A DNA stretch of 54,787 nt. Source: a virus. Its lineage: Duplodnaviria; Caudoviricetes. How positions within the stretch are numbered: position 1 is the stretch's first letter; every line of letters begins with the position of its first letter. Under the pieces are notes generated by a model. That model was not told the DNA's origin and made no database searches. It worked only from the letters and a program-made list of their open reading frames with translations. The stretch lies in IMG/VR virus record IMGVR_UViG_3300037233_000021, positions 1-54,787 of that record, one strand, 5' to 3'. This document shows positions 17,203 to 24,173 of the stretch, one piece after another. Made by a program: the position numbers and the translations under genes.

Positions 17203-17684
17203 GACGATGTCTCCTCCATAAAGTCTTGCGGCTGCTCGTGCACATACCGAACCTTCGCGGTGCAGGTAGCTGTATCGAAGTCACGCGGTTCGAGCATGGA
17301 AGGATCTGGGCTGTCAAGCCGCGCACCTTGGCGCATCGACCAGTCTACCGGCAGCGGCCCTGGGCGTCCCAGCACACCATCCCACTCGTCTGCGTACTGG
17401 TGATCGGCGTCAGCAGGATGCTTGCCGCGATCCGCGCAGTTCGACATCTGACACGTCGGCTTCATCCAATGCGTCTTGATGCCGCGAGCCCAGCTGGCGG
17501 TGTACAGGACGCACAGCGCAATGATGCCCCACTGGGAATGCTCGATGGCAGTCCATAACCAGAACGGCTCGCTGGCGAGGCCGAAGATGGGTGCCCACTT
17601 AGGTGCTCGCCCCATCGCCAGCCAGATAGCTATCACGCCGGGGACGCAGATGCCGAGTTGCTGAAACCAGTGCAGATAGTTCAT
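17199..17684 (-). CDS. Membrane protein with ~3 N-terminal TM helices (PnuC-like short repeat) and a soluble tail
   Basis: GVIAIWL..WAPIFGLASEPFWLW..QWGII. Confidence 0.65.
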   Translation of the reverse strand: MNYLHWFQQLGICVPGVIAIWLAMGRAPKWAPIFGLASEPFWLWTAIEHSQWGIIALCVLYTASWARGIKTHWMKPTCQMSNCADRGKHPADADHQYADEWDGVLGRPGPLPVDWSMRQGARLDSPDPSMLEPRDFDTATCTAKVRYVHEQPQDFMEETSS

Positions 17685-17803
17685 AGGTGGTACACCATAA
17701 ATACCGCTATCGCGACCGGGATCAATGCGGGCCATCGCATGCAGACCCCGATCATCCCAGGAGATGATGCGAGGTTTGTGACTACATCGAGGAACATCTT
17801 CAT
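17681..17803 (-). CDS. 40-aa membrane peptide (RWP motif)
   Basis: MKMFLDVVTNLASSPGMIGVCMRWPALIPVAIAVFMVYHL. Confidence 0.55.
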   Translation of the reverse strand: MKMFLDVVTNLASSPGMIGVCMRWPALIPVAIAVFMVYHL

Positions 17804-17804
17804 G

Positions 17805-17912
17805 CTAGACCCTGAAGGCTGTGTAACACGCGCCACCGACAGCAATGACGGCGGCGAGTATCGGCCAGCGAAGGACGACGTTGACGATGAACGAGTTGAG
17901 CGGAAGGTACAT
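17805..17912 (-). CDS. 35-aa membrane peptide (RWP motif)
   Basis: MYLPLNSFIVNVVLRWPILAAVIAVGGACYTAFRV; starts 1 nt after the barrel stop. Confidence 0.55.
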   Translation of the reverse strand: MYLPLNSFIVNVVLRWPILAAVIAVGGACYTAFRV

Positions 17913-17913
17913 C

Positions 17914-18390
17914 TCAATTCCCCTTGAGGTTCCAGCCAACCCAGTAGCTAATGTACGCCTGCATGCCGAAGCCATTCATGCCTGGAGTTGAGCCGGTCAC
18001 TACGGAGCGTCCGTCCCATCCGTCACCCCAATGGTGCTCGTCCACTGCCTCAACACCTACGGTCACGATACCGTTACTGAAGTGCCGGTCGATGCGCGCG
18101 CCGAACGCCGGGATCACCTTGTCGTTGTACGACAGATGGTTTCGGTCGTCGCTGAGAGTGACGCTGCCATACGTGTCGAACGTGAAGTTATGGACCTTGA
18201 ACCAGTCAATGCCCTGGGTGATCTTGCCGATGTACAGCACGTTGCCAGTCTCGGGCGTGTTCTGCATCACGCTACTCGGAGCGATCACAGCACCCCAACT
18301 CGAACCTGGGTATGCGAGAGGGCCGTCAGCGAACGCAGCAGACGAGGCGAGGATCGCTACGACTGCAAAAGCTATCTGTTTCATGAACAT
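17914..18390 (-). CDS. Putative outer-membrane beta-barrel protein
   Basis: Signal peptide (..SSAAFA); alternating amphipathic strands; aromatic-rich last strand AYISYWVGWNL. Confidence 0.65.
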   Translation of the reverse strand: MFMKQIAFAVVAILASSAAFADGPLAYPGSSWGAVIAPSSVMQNTPETGNVLYIGKITQGIDWFKVHNFTFDTYGSVTLSDDRNHLSYNDKVIPAFGARIDRHFSNGIVTVGVEAVDEHHWGDGWDGRSVVTGSTPGMNGFGMQAYISYWVGWNLKGN

Positions 18391-18397
18391 CATTTCC

Positions 18398-19468
18398 TTA
18401 AGTTGATGGGACAATTGAATCGAAATTATAGCGCTGAACCTTATTCCATGTCAAGATGGTTTTGCGGAGCAGGATGATCTCTACAAAGCTTCTCAGGAAC
18501 GCGAACGTGTTCAGGTAAGACAGCCAGTAAAACACCGGAACTTTGCACAGCACATCCCATCGCTTGGTCTTGAGCGCGATCATCACGCCGACGCCCAGGT
18601 AGCACGCCAGATCAACCAAGACGCCCAGCGCTACCCACTTGATGGGGAACGCCCAGCAGAGAAGTGGCAGCGTAAAGAAACGATTGAGCAGCAAGGTGTC
18701 TAGCACGAGGTACATCATGTACCAGTCCACTGGGCGCTTGGGCGCTAGAGAAAACGTCTTGTGCTTGAGGACAATCTGCCAGAAGCCACGGTTCCACCGC
18801 ATGTTCTGCTTCATGAAGTCCTCGAACGTGCTCGGGTCTTGAGTGATGACCCCTGCCCCGTGGATATACTTGATCTTGCCCTGCATGCGATGCACCTGGA
18901 GGGTGAGGTCCATATCTTCAGCGAGCGTGCCCGCATCGATGTTCAGCTTCATCAGCTCTGACAGCCGGTACATCGAGGCACAGCCCGGTGAGACCGTGAT
19001 CATGTTGAAGTTGGCCTGCCCGCCCTTGATGACCTCGTGCGAGAAGGTGTACTCATACGCCCGCAGAGCGCCCCAGATGTGGTTGCTCTTGGCAGACTTC
19101 ACCTGACCGATGAGCAGCGCGGCGTCAGGGTTCTGCTCTGCCGCCTCATACATGACGTTGAGAAACTGCGACTCCACCTGGGAGTCCGCGTCCACGAACA
19201 CCACCCACTGGTAGCGGTCCTGAAGCCTGAAGTGTGCCAGCCCGTAGTTCTGAGCGTGCGCTTTGCATCCGCCCTTCTCGGGCACGGTGTAGACGGTGAC
19301 GCCCTTGGCGCGCGCGAGCGCCGCCGTAGCATCTGACGACATGTCGTCCACAACGTAGATGTCGCTGCGATTGAAGCCTGCAGCACGCAGGGATGCTATC
19401 GTGCCTTCAATGACCCGCTCTTCGTTGAACGCGGGAATAAGCACGCAGATCTTGGGCTCGGGTGTCAT
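18398..19468 (-). CDS. Processive GT2 glycosyltransferase (PgaC/IcaA/cellulose-synthase-like)
   Basis: IPAFNEE, VVDD, FVDADS, AED and QNMRW (D,D,D,QxxRW); C-terminal TM helices; start set at 19468 because the upstream extension overlaps a tRNA. Confidence 0.9.
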   Translation of the reverse strand: MTPEPKICVLIPAFNEERVIEGTIASLRAAGFNRSDIYVVDDMSSDATAALARAKGVTVYTVPEKGGCKAHAQNYGLAHFRLQDRYQWVVFVDADSQVESQFLNVMYEAAEQNPDAALLIGQVKSAKSNHIWGALRAYEYTFSHEVIKGGQANFNMITVSPGCASMYRLSELMKLNIDAGTLAEDMDLTLQVHRMQGKIKYIHGAGVITQDPSTFEDFMKQNMRWNRGFWQIVLKHKTFSLAPKRPVDWYMMYLVLDTLLLNRFFTLPLLCWAFPIKWVALGVLVDLACYLGVGVMIALKTKRWDVLCKVPVFYWLSYLNTFAFLRSFVEIILLRKTILTWNKVQRYNFDSIVPST

Positions 19469-19474
19469 GCCAGG

Positions 19475-19484
19475 AGTGTAGCAC
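19475..19484 (-). promoter_or_regulatory. Extended -10 promoter of the GT2 operon (likely leaderless)
   Basis: GTGCTACACT 6 nt upstream of the ATG, no SD. Confidence 0.5.
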
Positions 19485-19495
19485 AAAAGGTTCGG

Positions 19496-19567
19496 TGCCG
19501 GGTCTCTGAATCGAACAGAGGAATGGCAGTTTACAAAACTGCTGCTGTGCCACTGAGCCAACCCGGC
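19496..19567 (-). tRNA. tRNA-Thr(TGT), copy 2
   Basis: GCCGGGT/ACCCGGC acceptor, GCAGT-TTTGTAA-ACTGC anticodon arm, TTCGATT T-loop; CCA not fully encoded. Confidence 0.9.
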
Positions 19568-19571
19568 GAGA

Positions 19572-19597
19572 TGGAGCGGAGCCGGGGCCAGCCCCGC
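19572..19597 (-). pseudogene. tRNA-Gly acceptor-stem remnant (microhelix with U73-CCA)
   Basis: GCGGGGC-TGGCCCCG-GCTCCGC-T-CCA; ends identical to tRNA-Gly at 20155-20228. Confidence 0.75.
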
Positions 19598-19645
19598 TTG
19601 TTCAGCTACCGGCGCTGTTCACGTTACATGAACGGAGCCAGAAAA

Positions 19646-19720
19646 TGGCTCCGAGAGATGGGATCGAACCACCGACCACGCCATTAACAGGGGCGCGCTC
19701 TACCGCTGAGCTATCCCGGA
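19646..19720 (-). tRNA. tRNA-Asn(GTT)
   Basis: Cloverleaf, CTGTTAA loop, G73-CCA; C31-U39 mismatch. Confidence 0.92.
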
Positions 19721-19734
19721 ATGTACTTAAGACT

Positions 19735-19902
19735 CGGCGCGCGCACAGGTGTTGGCCGCTCTACAACACTTCGGACGCCATGCGCGAACCGTCCCGGAGT
19801 TGAGGTCCGCCCTATCTCGCCGCACAGGCGATGGGCTCCTTGGCCCAGGCAGGCTTACTTATTTCAGCCCGCTCAATGCGCAACGCCAACCGTCTCCCGG
19901 CG
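19735..19902 (-). ncRNA. Candidate structured RNA between tRNA-Ala and tRNA-Asn
   Basis: Several consecutive GC-rich hairpins in a tRNA spacer. Confidence 0.35.
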
Positions 19903-19905
19903 AAC

Positions 19906-19980
19906 TGGTGGACCGCCTCGGACTCAAACCGAGCAGGCTAACTCCGTGCAAGGGAATTCCGGGTACTCTGCCCGCAGCCC
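19906..19980 (-). tRNA. Atypical tRNA-Ala(TGC)
   Basis: G3:U70 acceptor, A73-CCA, CTTGCAC loop; degenerate D-arm; TTTGAGT T-loop. Confidence 0.75.
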
Positions 19981-19998
19981 AGTGCGTCTATCATATCA

Positions 19999-20072
19999 TG
20001 GCGGGCCGGTAAGGACTCGAACCTTAATGAACGGTTTTGGAGACCGTGATCCTACTATTGGATTACCAACCC
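19999..20072 (-). tRNA. tRNA-Trp(CCA)
   Basis: ACGGT-CTCCAAA-ACCGT, TTCGAGT, G73-CCA. Confidence 0.9.
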
Positions 20073-20074
20073 GG

Positions 20075-20146
20075 TGCCGTGTCTCTGAATCGAACAGAGG
20101 AATGGCGGCTTACAAAACCACTGCTGTACCACTGAGCCAACACGGC
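20075..20146 (-). tRNA. tRNA-Thr(TGT), copy 1
   Basis: GCCGTGT/ACACGGC acceptor, TTTGTAA loop. Confidence 0.9.
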
Positions 20147-20154
20147 GAAAAAAG

Positions 20155-20228
20155 TGGAGCGGAGCCAGGGAATCGAACCCTGATACCCAGTTTGGAAGAC
20201 TGATGCACTGCCAATATGCCAGCCCCGC
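20155..20228 (-). tRNA. tRNA-Gly(TCC)
   Basis: CTTCCAA loop, U73-CCA. Confidence 0.92.
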
Positions 20229-20240
20229 TCGCGAACAAAA

Positions 20241-20318
20241 TGGTCTGTCGGGAAGGATTTGAACCTTCGACCCTCCGGTTCCAGACCGGATACTCTAACC
20301 AGACTGAGCTACCAACAG
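20241..20318 (-). tRNA. tRNA-Pro(TGG) with unusual anticodon loop
   Basis: C1:G72, A73-CCA; loop TCTGGAA (C33, A37). Confidence 0.88.
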
Positions 20319-20327
20319 ATCTCGACC

Positions 20328-20368
20328 AGTATACGCTTCACAATATGCGCAGCGCAAGATGTGAAGCG
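20328..20368 (-). promoter_or_regulatory. Putative tRNA-cluster promoter overlapped by a 35-bp palindrome
   Basis: TTGCGC-N18-TATACT; dyad CGCTTCACA-ATA-TGCGC-A-GCGCA-AGA-TGTGAAGCG. Confidence 0.5.
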
Positions 20369-20369
20369 C

Positions 20370-20400
20370 AAAAAGAAAGGGCCGCATGTGCGGCCCCTTC
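20370..20400 (-). terminator. Rho-independent terminator after the major capsid gene
   Basis: GGGCCGCA-CA-TGCGGCCC followed by TTTCTTTTT on the minus strand. Confidence 0.85.
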
Positions 20401-20427
20401 AGCGTACTCTCCCAGGTGGAGATGAAC

Positions 20428-21336
20428 CTAGGTTCCCGCGCTTCCCCAGCAGCCCCTGTAGTCCGACCAGCCGAAGCTGTAACGCTCGCGCGCCTTGTAC
20501 CGCATGTTTCCTGTCTCGAACTCCCCTTCAAGGCCGCGCTCGACTTTCTTTCGCACGAAGTGCTTGAGACCGTCTGCCACGTCCGTCTTGATGTACCACC
20601 CAATGGGGTCCGTCAAGTAGTGGTTGACCGACACGCCGCCCGCATACGTCCCGATGGACTTGAGGGCGTTGATGTCGTTGTCGCCAGTCGCCGGACGGAA
20701 GTCGCTGAACAGCAAGCGCTGTGCAACGTACTTGTTACCGTTCGGGACGATCAGGCGCTTCGGCTTCGCCGCTATGCGAATGCCGCGCTCGTCAACCCAG
20801 AGGCCAATCGCGATGTCAGCAGCTTCCAGCGCGCTCTCGCACAGGTCGGGCTGAGTCGTGAACATGTTCGCTTGCACGCCGCCGCCCCAGATGGGGTGCG
20901 AGATGCTGAATAGTGCAACACCGTCGCCGCCCGGATAGGACGCGCTGAACCCATTGTTCAGGACGTTCGCACCAGTGACTTCCTTGGTGTTCTGCAAACC
21001 ACGGGCCAGCGACTTGCTGTACTTGCCCGCGATTGAACCGTAGAGGCCGTCCTCTTCCGCTTCCTGCGTGATGGCGAATGCCAACGCTACCGTGTTGTGT
21101 ATGTACCGAGCGACGTAGGACTCTGCGCCTTCGTCGAACGACACGCCTGCGCCTTCAGCTTTCACTGGGGCGGTGCCGAGACCGGCCATCAACACATCCT
21201 CTTCATACGCCTTGACAGACGTATTGATGTCGAATATGTCGCGCCACTCTTCGGGATAGCGGTTGTACTCCATGCCGAACACGGTGTTCAGGCCGAGCTG
21301 CAACTGCTTCTTGAATAGACTGCGGTTCATTGCCAT
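20428..21336 (-). CDS. Major capsid protein
   Basis: MAMNRSLFKKQLQLGLNTVFG..AFAITQEAEED..KARERYSFGWSD motifs. Confidence 0.92.
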   Translation of the reverse strand: MAMNRSLFKKQLQLGLNTVFGMEYNRYPEEWRDIFDINTSVKAYEEDVLMAGLGTAPVKAEGAGVSFDEGAESYVARYIHNTVALAFAITQEAEEDGLYGSIAGKYSKSLARGLQNTKEVTGANVLNNGFSASYPGGDGVALFSISHPIWGGGVQANMFTTQPDLCESALEAADIAIGLWVDERGIRIAAKPKRLIVPNGNKYVAQRLLFSDFRPATGDNDINALKSIGTYAGGVSVNHYLTDPIGWYIKTDVADGLKHFVRKKVERGLEGEFETGNMRYKARERYSFGWSDYRGCWGSAGT

Positions 21337-21369
21337 GTTAGTTTCTCTCTCTTCTTGTTGAGCTGTTAC

Positions 21370-21984
21370 TTAGACCTGGGTCTGCGTCCAAACCGCCATG
21401 AGATCGGACTGGCAGATCAAGAACTCGGCTTCTGTGTAGCCGCCGTAGTTGACCGGATCGTTGCCAGGGTTGCCCGTCAGGTTGTACAGGAACAACGCGA
21501 CGTCTTTGTTGGCTGTCTTGGTGCGGTTCGCGTAGTTCGCGTACTCAGCGGACTTGCCCGTGAGGGTCGAGCCAGATGACTGACCGAGGAAGTCGTAGTA
21601 CTCGTTGACGTTACCGGCTGAGAAGCCAGTTGCGCCGACGCCGGAGACCATACCTTTGAACACGATCAACGGGTCGTCATACACGAGTGCCGTGATGACA
21701 GTACCGGCCAAGATTGCCGTGTTTGCAGTCCACATCTTCTCGAACCGGGTGTTACCGGCTGAGTCAACGAACTGGCAGCCCATGAACACGCCGCGAATGA
21801 AGAGCGACGTGGTGGCGACAACGATGTTGCGACCAGCAGCTGTGGCAAGTGACACGAGGTCTCCTGCGAAGATGGTGGAAGCGTAGGCTGACGCGATGGT
21901 GTACGATGCCGCGCGGATCACGCCGCCATTCTGGTGACGGACGGGAACGAAGCCGTAGGGGCTATTCGGAAGTGTGCTGGTCAT
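21370..21984 (-). CDS. Minor capsid / cement protein
   Basis: PYGFVPVRH..IFAGDLV..GVFMGC..VYDDP motifs, just upstream of the major capsid gene. Confidence 0.75.
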   Translation of the reverse strand: MTSTLPNSPYGFVPVRHQNGGVIRAASYTIASAYASTIFAGDLVSLATAAGRNIVVATTSLFIRGVFMGCQFVDSAGNTRFEKMWTANTAILAGTVITALVYDDPLIVFKGMVSGVGATGFSAGNVNEYYDFLGQSSGSTLTGKSAEYANYANRTKTANKDVALFLYNLTGNPGNDPVNYGGYTEAEFLICQSDLMAVWTQTQV

Positions 21985-22024
21985 GTCTCTATCCTTTTTG
22001 TTGAAGGACGGAGACACTCAGATG

Positions 22025-22660
22025 TTAGTCTTCTGAGTCTGCTCCCCGCCCCGTTTTAACTCTGCTGCGTCGGTCGGCCACGATGGCACCGTATCCCTGA
22101 CGCTCTTCTTTGTGTATGTCACGTTCGATGGCTTCAGTCTGCACCGCAGTCTGATTCCGGTAGAACTTGGCGCGCTGTCGGGCAATACGCACCGGCATCT
22201 CGCACAGGATCAAACCCTCCACGCCTATGACACTACCCAATGTCGCGTGAGTGATGGTTGGCGGTAAGTCTTCCTTCGGCACCGAACTCATGGGCCGAGG
22301 CTGCCATCCCTCTCGCATAGCGCGTGACCAGTTCTGTGGGTCTTGACCCACGCGGAACGAGGTACGCACCAATCTCTGAACGAATCCAGGACGAGCGGCG
22401 GGCATCTCCAGGTTTCCTGGGTCGCGCCAATTCACTAAGTCCTGTTCCTGCTCGACCACGTCCACGCTACCGTGAACCTGATCGTCGCCCGTGTCAACCT
22501 CGTGAGATTGCACGGTCTGATTTACCTTTCCTGACCGCACACCTTGCGCTCGCTGGAGCTGCTTGATGCGGTTCTGCAGTTCACCGATGTCGTCCGTGTC
22601 GATCTCTTCGTTCGGACTGAATTCGGGAACCTCAACATATCCTGGACGATCTACGCTCAT
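22025..22660 (-). CDS. Conserved head-morphogenesis-region protein
   Basis: W.DP..L..P.ARPGFVQR..REGW..GLILCEMP motif. Confidence 0.7.
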   Translation of the reverse strand: MSVDRPGYVEVPEFSPNEEIDTDDIGELQNRIKQLQRAQGVRSGKVNQTVQSHEVDTGDDQVHGSVDVVEQEQDLVNWRDPGNLEMPAARPGFVQRLVRTSFRVGQDPQNWSRAMREGWQPRPMSSVPKEDLPPTITHATLGSVIGVEGLILCEMPVRIARQRAKFYRNQTAVQTEAIERDIHKEERQGYGAIVADRRSRVKTGRGADSED

Positions 22661-23679
22661 GACTGACTCCTCGTGTTGCGTGCATCTGCCTGCTTATTGC
22701 GGGCGAACTCGCGAAGCACCTTCGGATCTGTGGTGTCTTGCCCCATCGTCTGGAGCATCTTGATCTCGTCTGACGTGATGACAACCTTATTGGGGTTGCT
22801 GTTCTGTACCGTCATCGAGTTCCCACCACGAACCCCGTTGCTACCGACACCACCGGCTGCGGACTTGCCGCCGCGCCTTGACTTCAGATACTCAGGGTTA
22901 ACTTTGTCGTGGAACCGCTCGTCTAAAATCTTGCTCAGGCGGGTGTAGTACTCGTCTGAGTTTTGGTTGTGCCCCATCTTGTAGAGGAGTTGGTCAGCTG
23001 CTAGTGCAGCCTCTTTGAACAAAGGGTCTGAGCCGTATGCCGGGTGAGCCGTGATCCAGGCCTGCGCCTTCGGATTGACTACCGCAGCTTTCGCTGGGGT
23101 CTGCTTCGCCGCAGCGCGCGCTGTCTCCAGCTTGTCAGTGCGTGATTTGATGCTGGCCTTGACATCAGTGATCTGATCGTCAACGTCAACCTCAGCAGTC
23201 GTGTCCCCTTCCTCTTTGGCCTTAATCTTCCGTGCTCTCAAGGCTTCTAGCTTCGTGCGATCCTTAGAGTTCTCAGCATCCGCTGCGCGGGTCTGATCTT
23301 CCAAGTCAACTCGCTGTGTGAGCTGGCCGACCTGGGCCTCCAGTCTGCGGCTGCGCTCTTCAGCTTCTTCTCTCAGTATCCGTTCGCGTCCGAGGCGTTC
23401 CTCAAATGCATCGCCTTTTCCTTTGTCGGCGTCATCAGTGTTTCCACTGGTGTCCAACACGAAGGTATCGTTGTCTGCAGTGACTTCGTCCGGGCGATCT
23501 ACTCGCTCGATGTCGCCGAACTGGTCGGCCTTCCCTGCATTGGGATTGCGGGGTGACTCACTGATGACGGTTGCGCCGGTTGCGTCCTGACGAATGGCCT
23601 CGTTTGTGAGGTCAACAGCGGCACCTTCTACGGTGTCCGGTGTGTGCAGGTCGTTGAAAGAATGATCGTACTTGCCCAT
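22657..23679 (-). CDS. Capsid scaffolding protein
   Basis: Acidic N-terminus, coiled coil, NPKAQAW..SDEYY motif; start at 23679 (MGKYDH). Confidence 0.75.
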   Translation of the reverse strand: MGKYDHSFNDLHTPDTVEGAAVDLTNEAIRQDATGATVISESPRNPNAGKADQFGDIERVDRPDEVTADNDTFVLDTSGNTDDADKGKGDAFEERLGRERILREEAEERSRRLEAQVGQLTQRVDLEDQTRAADAENSKDRTKLEALRARKIKAKEEGDTTAEVDVDDQITDVKASIKSRTDKLETARAAAKQTPAKAAVVNPKAQAWITAHPAYGSDPLFKEAALAADQLLYKMGHNQNSDEYYTRLSKILDERFHDKVNPEYLKSRRGGKSAAGGVGSNGVRGGNSMTVQNSNPNKVVITSDEIKMLQTMGQDTTDPKVLREFARNKQADARNTRSQS

Positions 23680-23739
23680 TGGGTGTTCTGGTCCTTTGTT
23701 CTTGTTGTAACGCCGATCCCTTGGGGATCGTGAGCTTAT

Positions 23740-23750
23740 ATCATAGCACG
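23740..23750 (-). promoter_or_regulatory. Extended -10 promoter upstream of the scaffold gene
   Basis: CGTGCTATGAT. Confidence 0.5.
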
Positions 23751-23765
23751 GGCCAGGAGGGGTAC

Positions 23766-24173
23766 TTACACGCGGACGATATGGAGGTAGAGACCATGCG
23801 CCCCGGCGCGATTCATCATCGACAGCGATCCCCTGCTCTTCCCATCCCAGAAACAAATACAAGCTCCCCCTTCCGCGCGCAACGCCATCTGCTCATTGCG
23901 GTACGGGCCAGCACGCGGGCCGTACTTAGACCAGTCCGCGAGCACCTTCACAACGAGGATCTTGTTGTCTACCGCCCAGGTCTCGCCATACCTGTCCGGA
24001 CCGCGACAGCCGCCAGAGTACACTGCCTGTGGTTTGCGGATGTTCGCCAGCCGATCCAGCTCGTCCGTCAGGCGCTGGCGGTCGTGGAAGTTACGCGATC
24101 CGCACACAACCCACACGTTGGTGAGTAGGTGGACGGGCCACACCCAGTCTAGTTCCCAGCGATCCAAACCCAT
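23766..24173 (-). CDS. SLOG/YspA-family (DUF2493-like) protein
   Basis: VVCGSR..SGGCRGPD..ADWSKYGPRAGPYRNEQM..FWDGKSRG. Confidence 0.8.
   Translation of the reverse strand: MGLDRWELDWVWPVHLLTNVWVVCGSRNFHDRQRLTDELDRLANIRKPQAVYSGGCRGPDRYGETWAVDNKILVVKVLADWSKYGPRAGPYRNEQMALRAEGGACICFWDGKSRGSLSMMNRAGAHGLYLHIVRV

Noticed and set aside
19469-19561. N-terminal extension of the GT2 ORF given in the ORF track
   Set aside because: It runs through tRNA-Thr; the GT2 fold starts right after Met at 19468
19440-19905. tRNA-associated HDV-like (theta) or twister ribozyme
   Set aside because: Could not build the required pseudoknot pairings by eye; a covariance-model search is needed
19721-19980. tmRNA (G3:U70 acceptor next to a structured region)
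   Set aside because: The acceptor halves close a 75-nt cloverleaf with a UGC anticodon, and no tag reading frame is evident
19496-20318. Suppressor tRNA or stop-codon recoding
   Set aside because: No CUA, UUA or UCA anticodon; core genes are intact in the standard code and use TAA, TAG and TGA as stops
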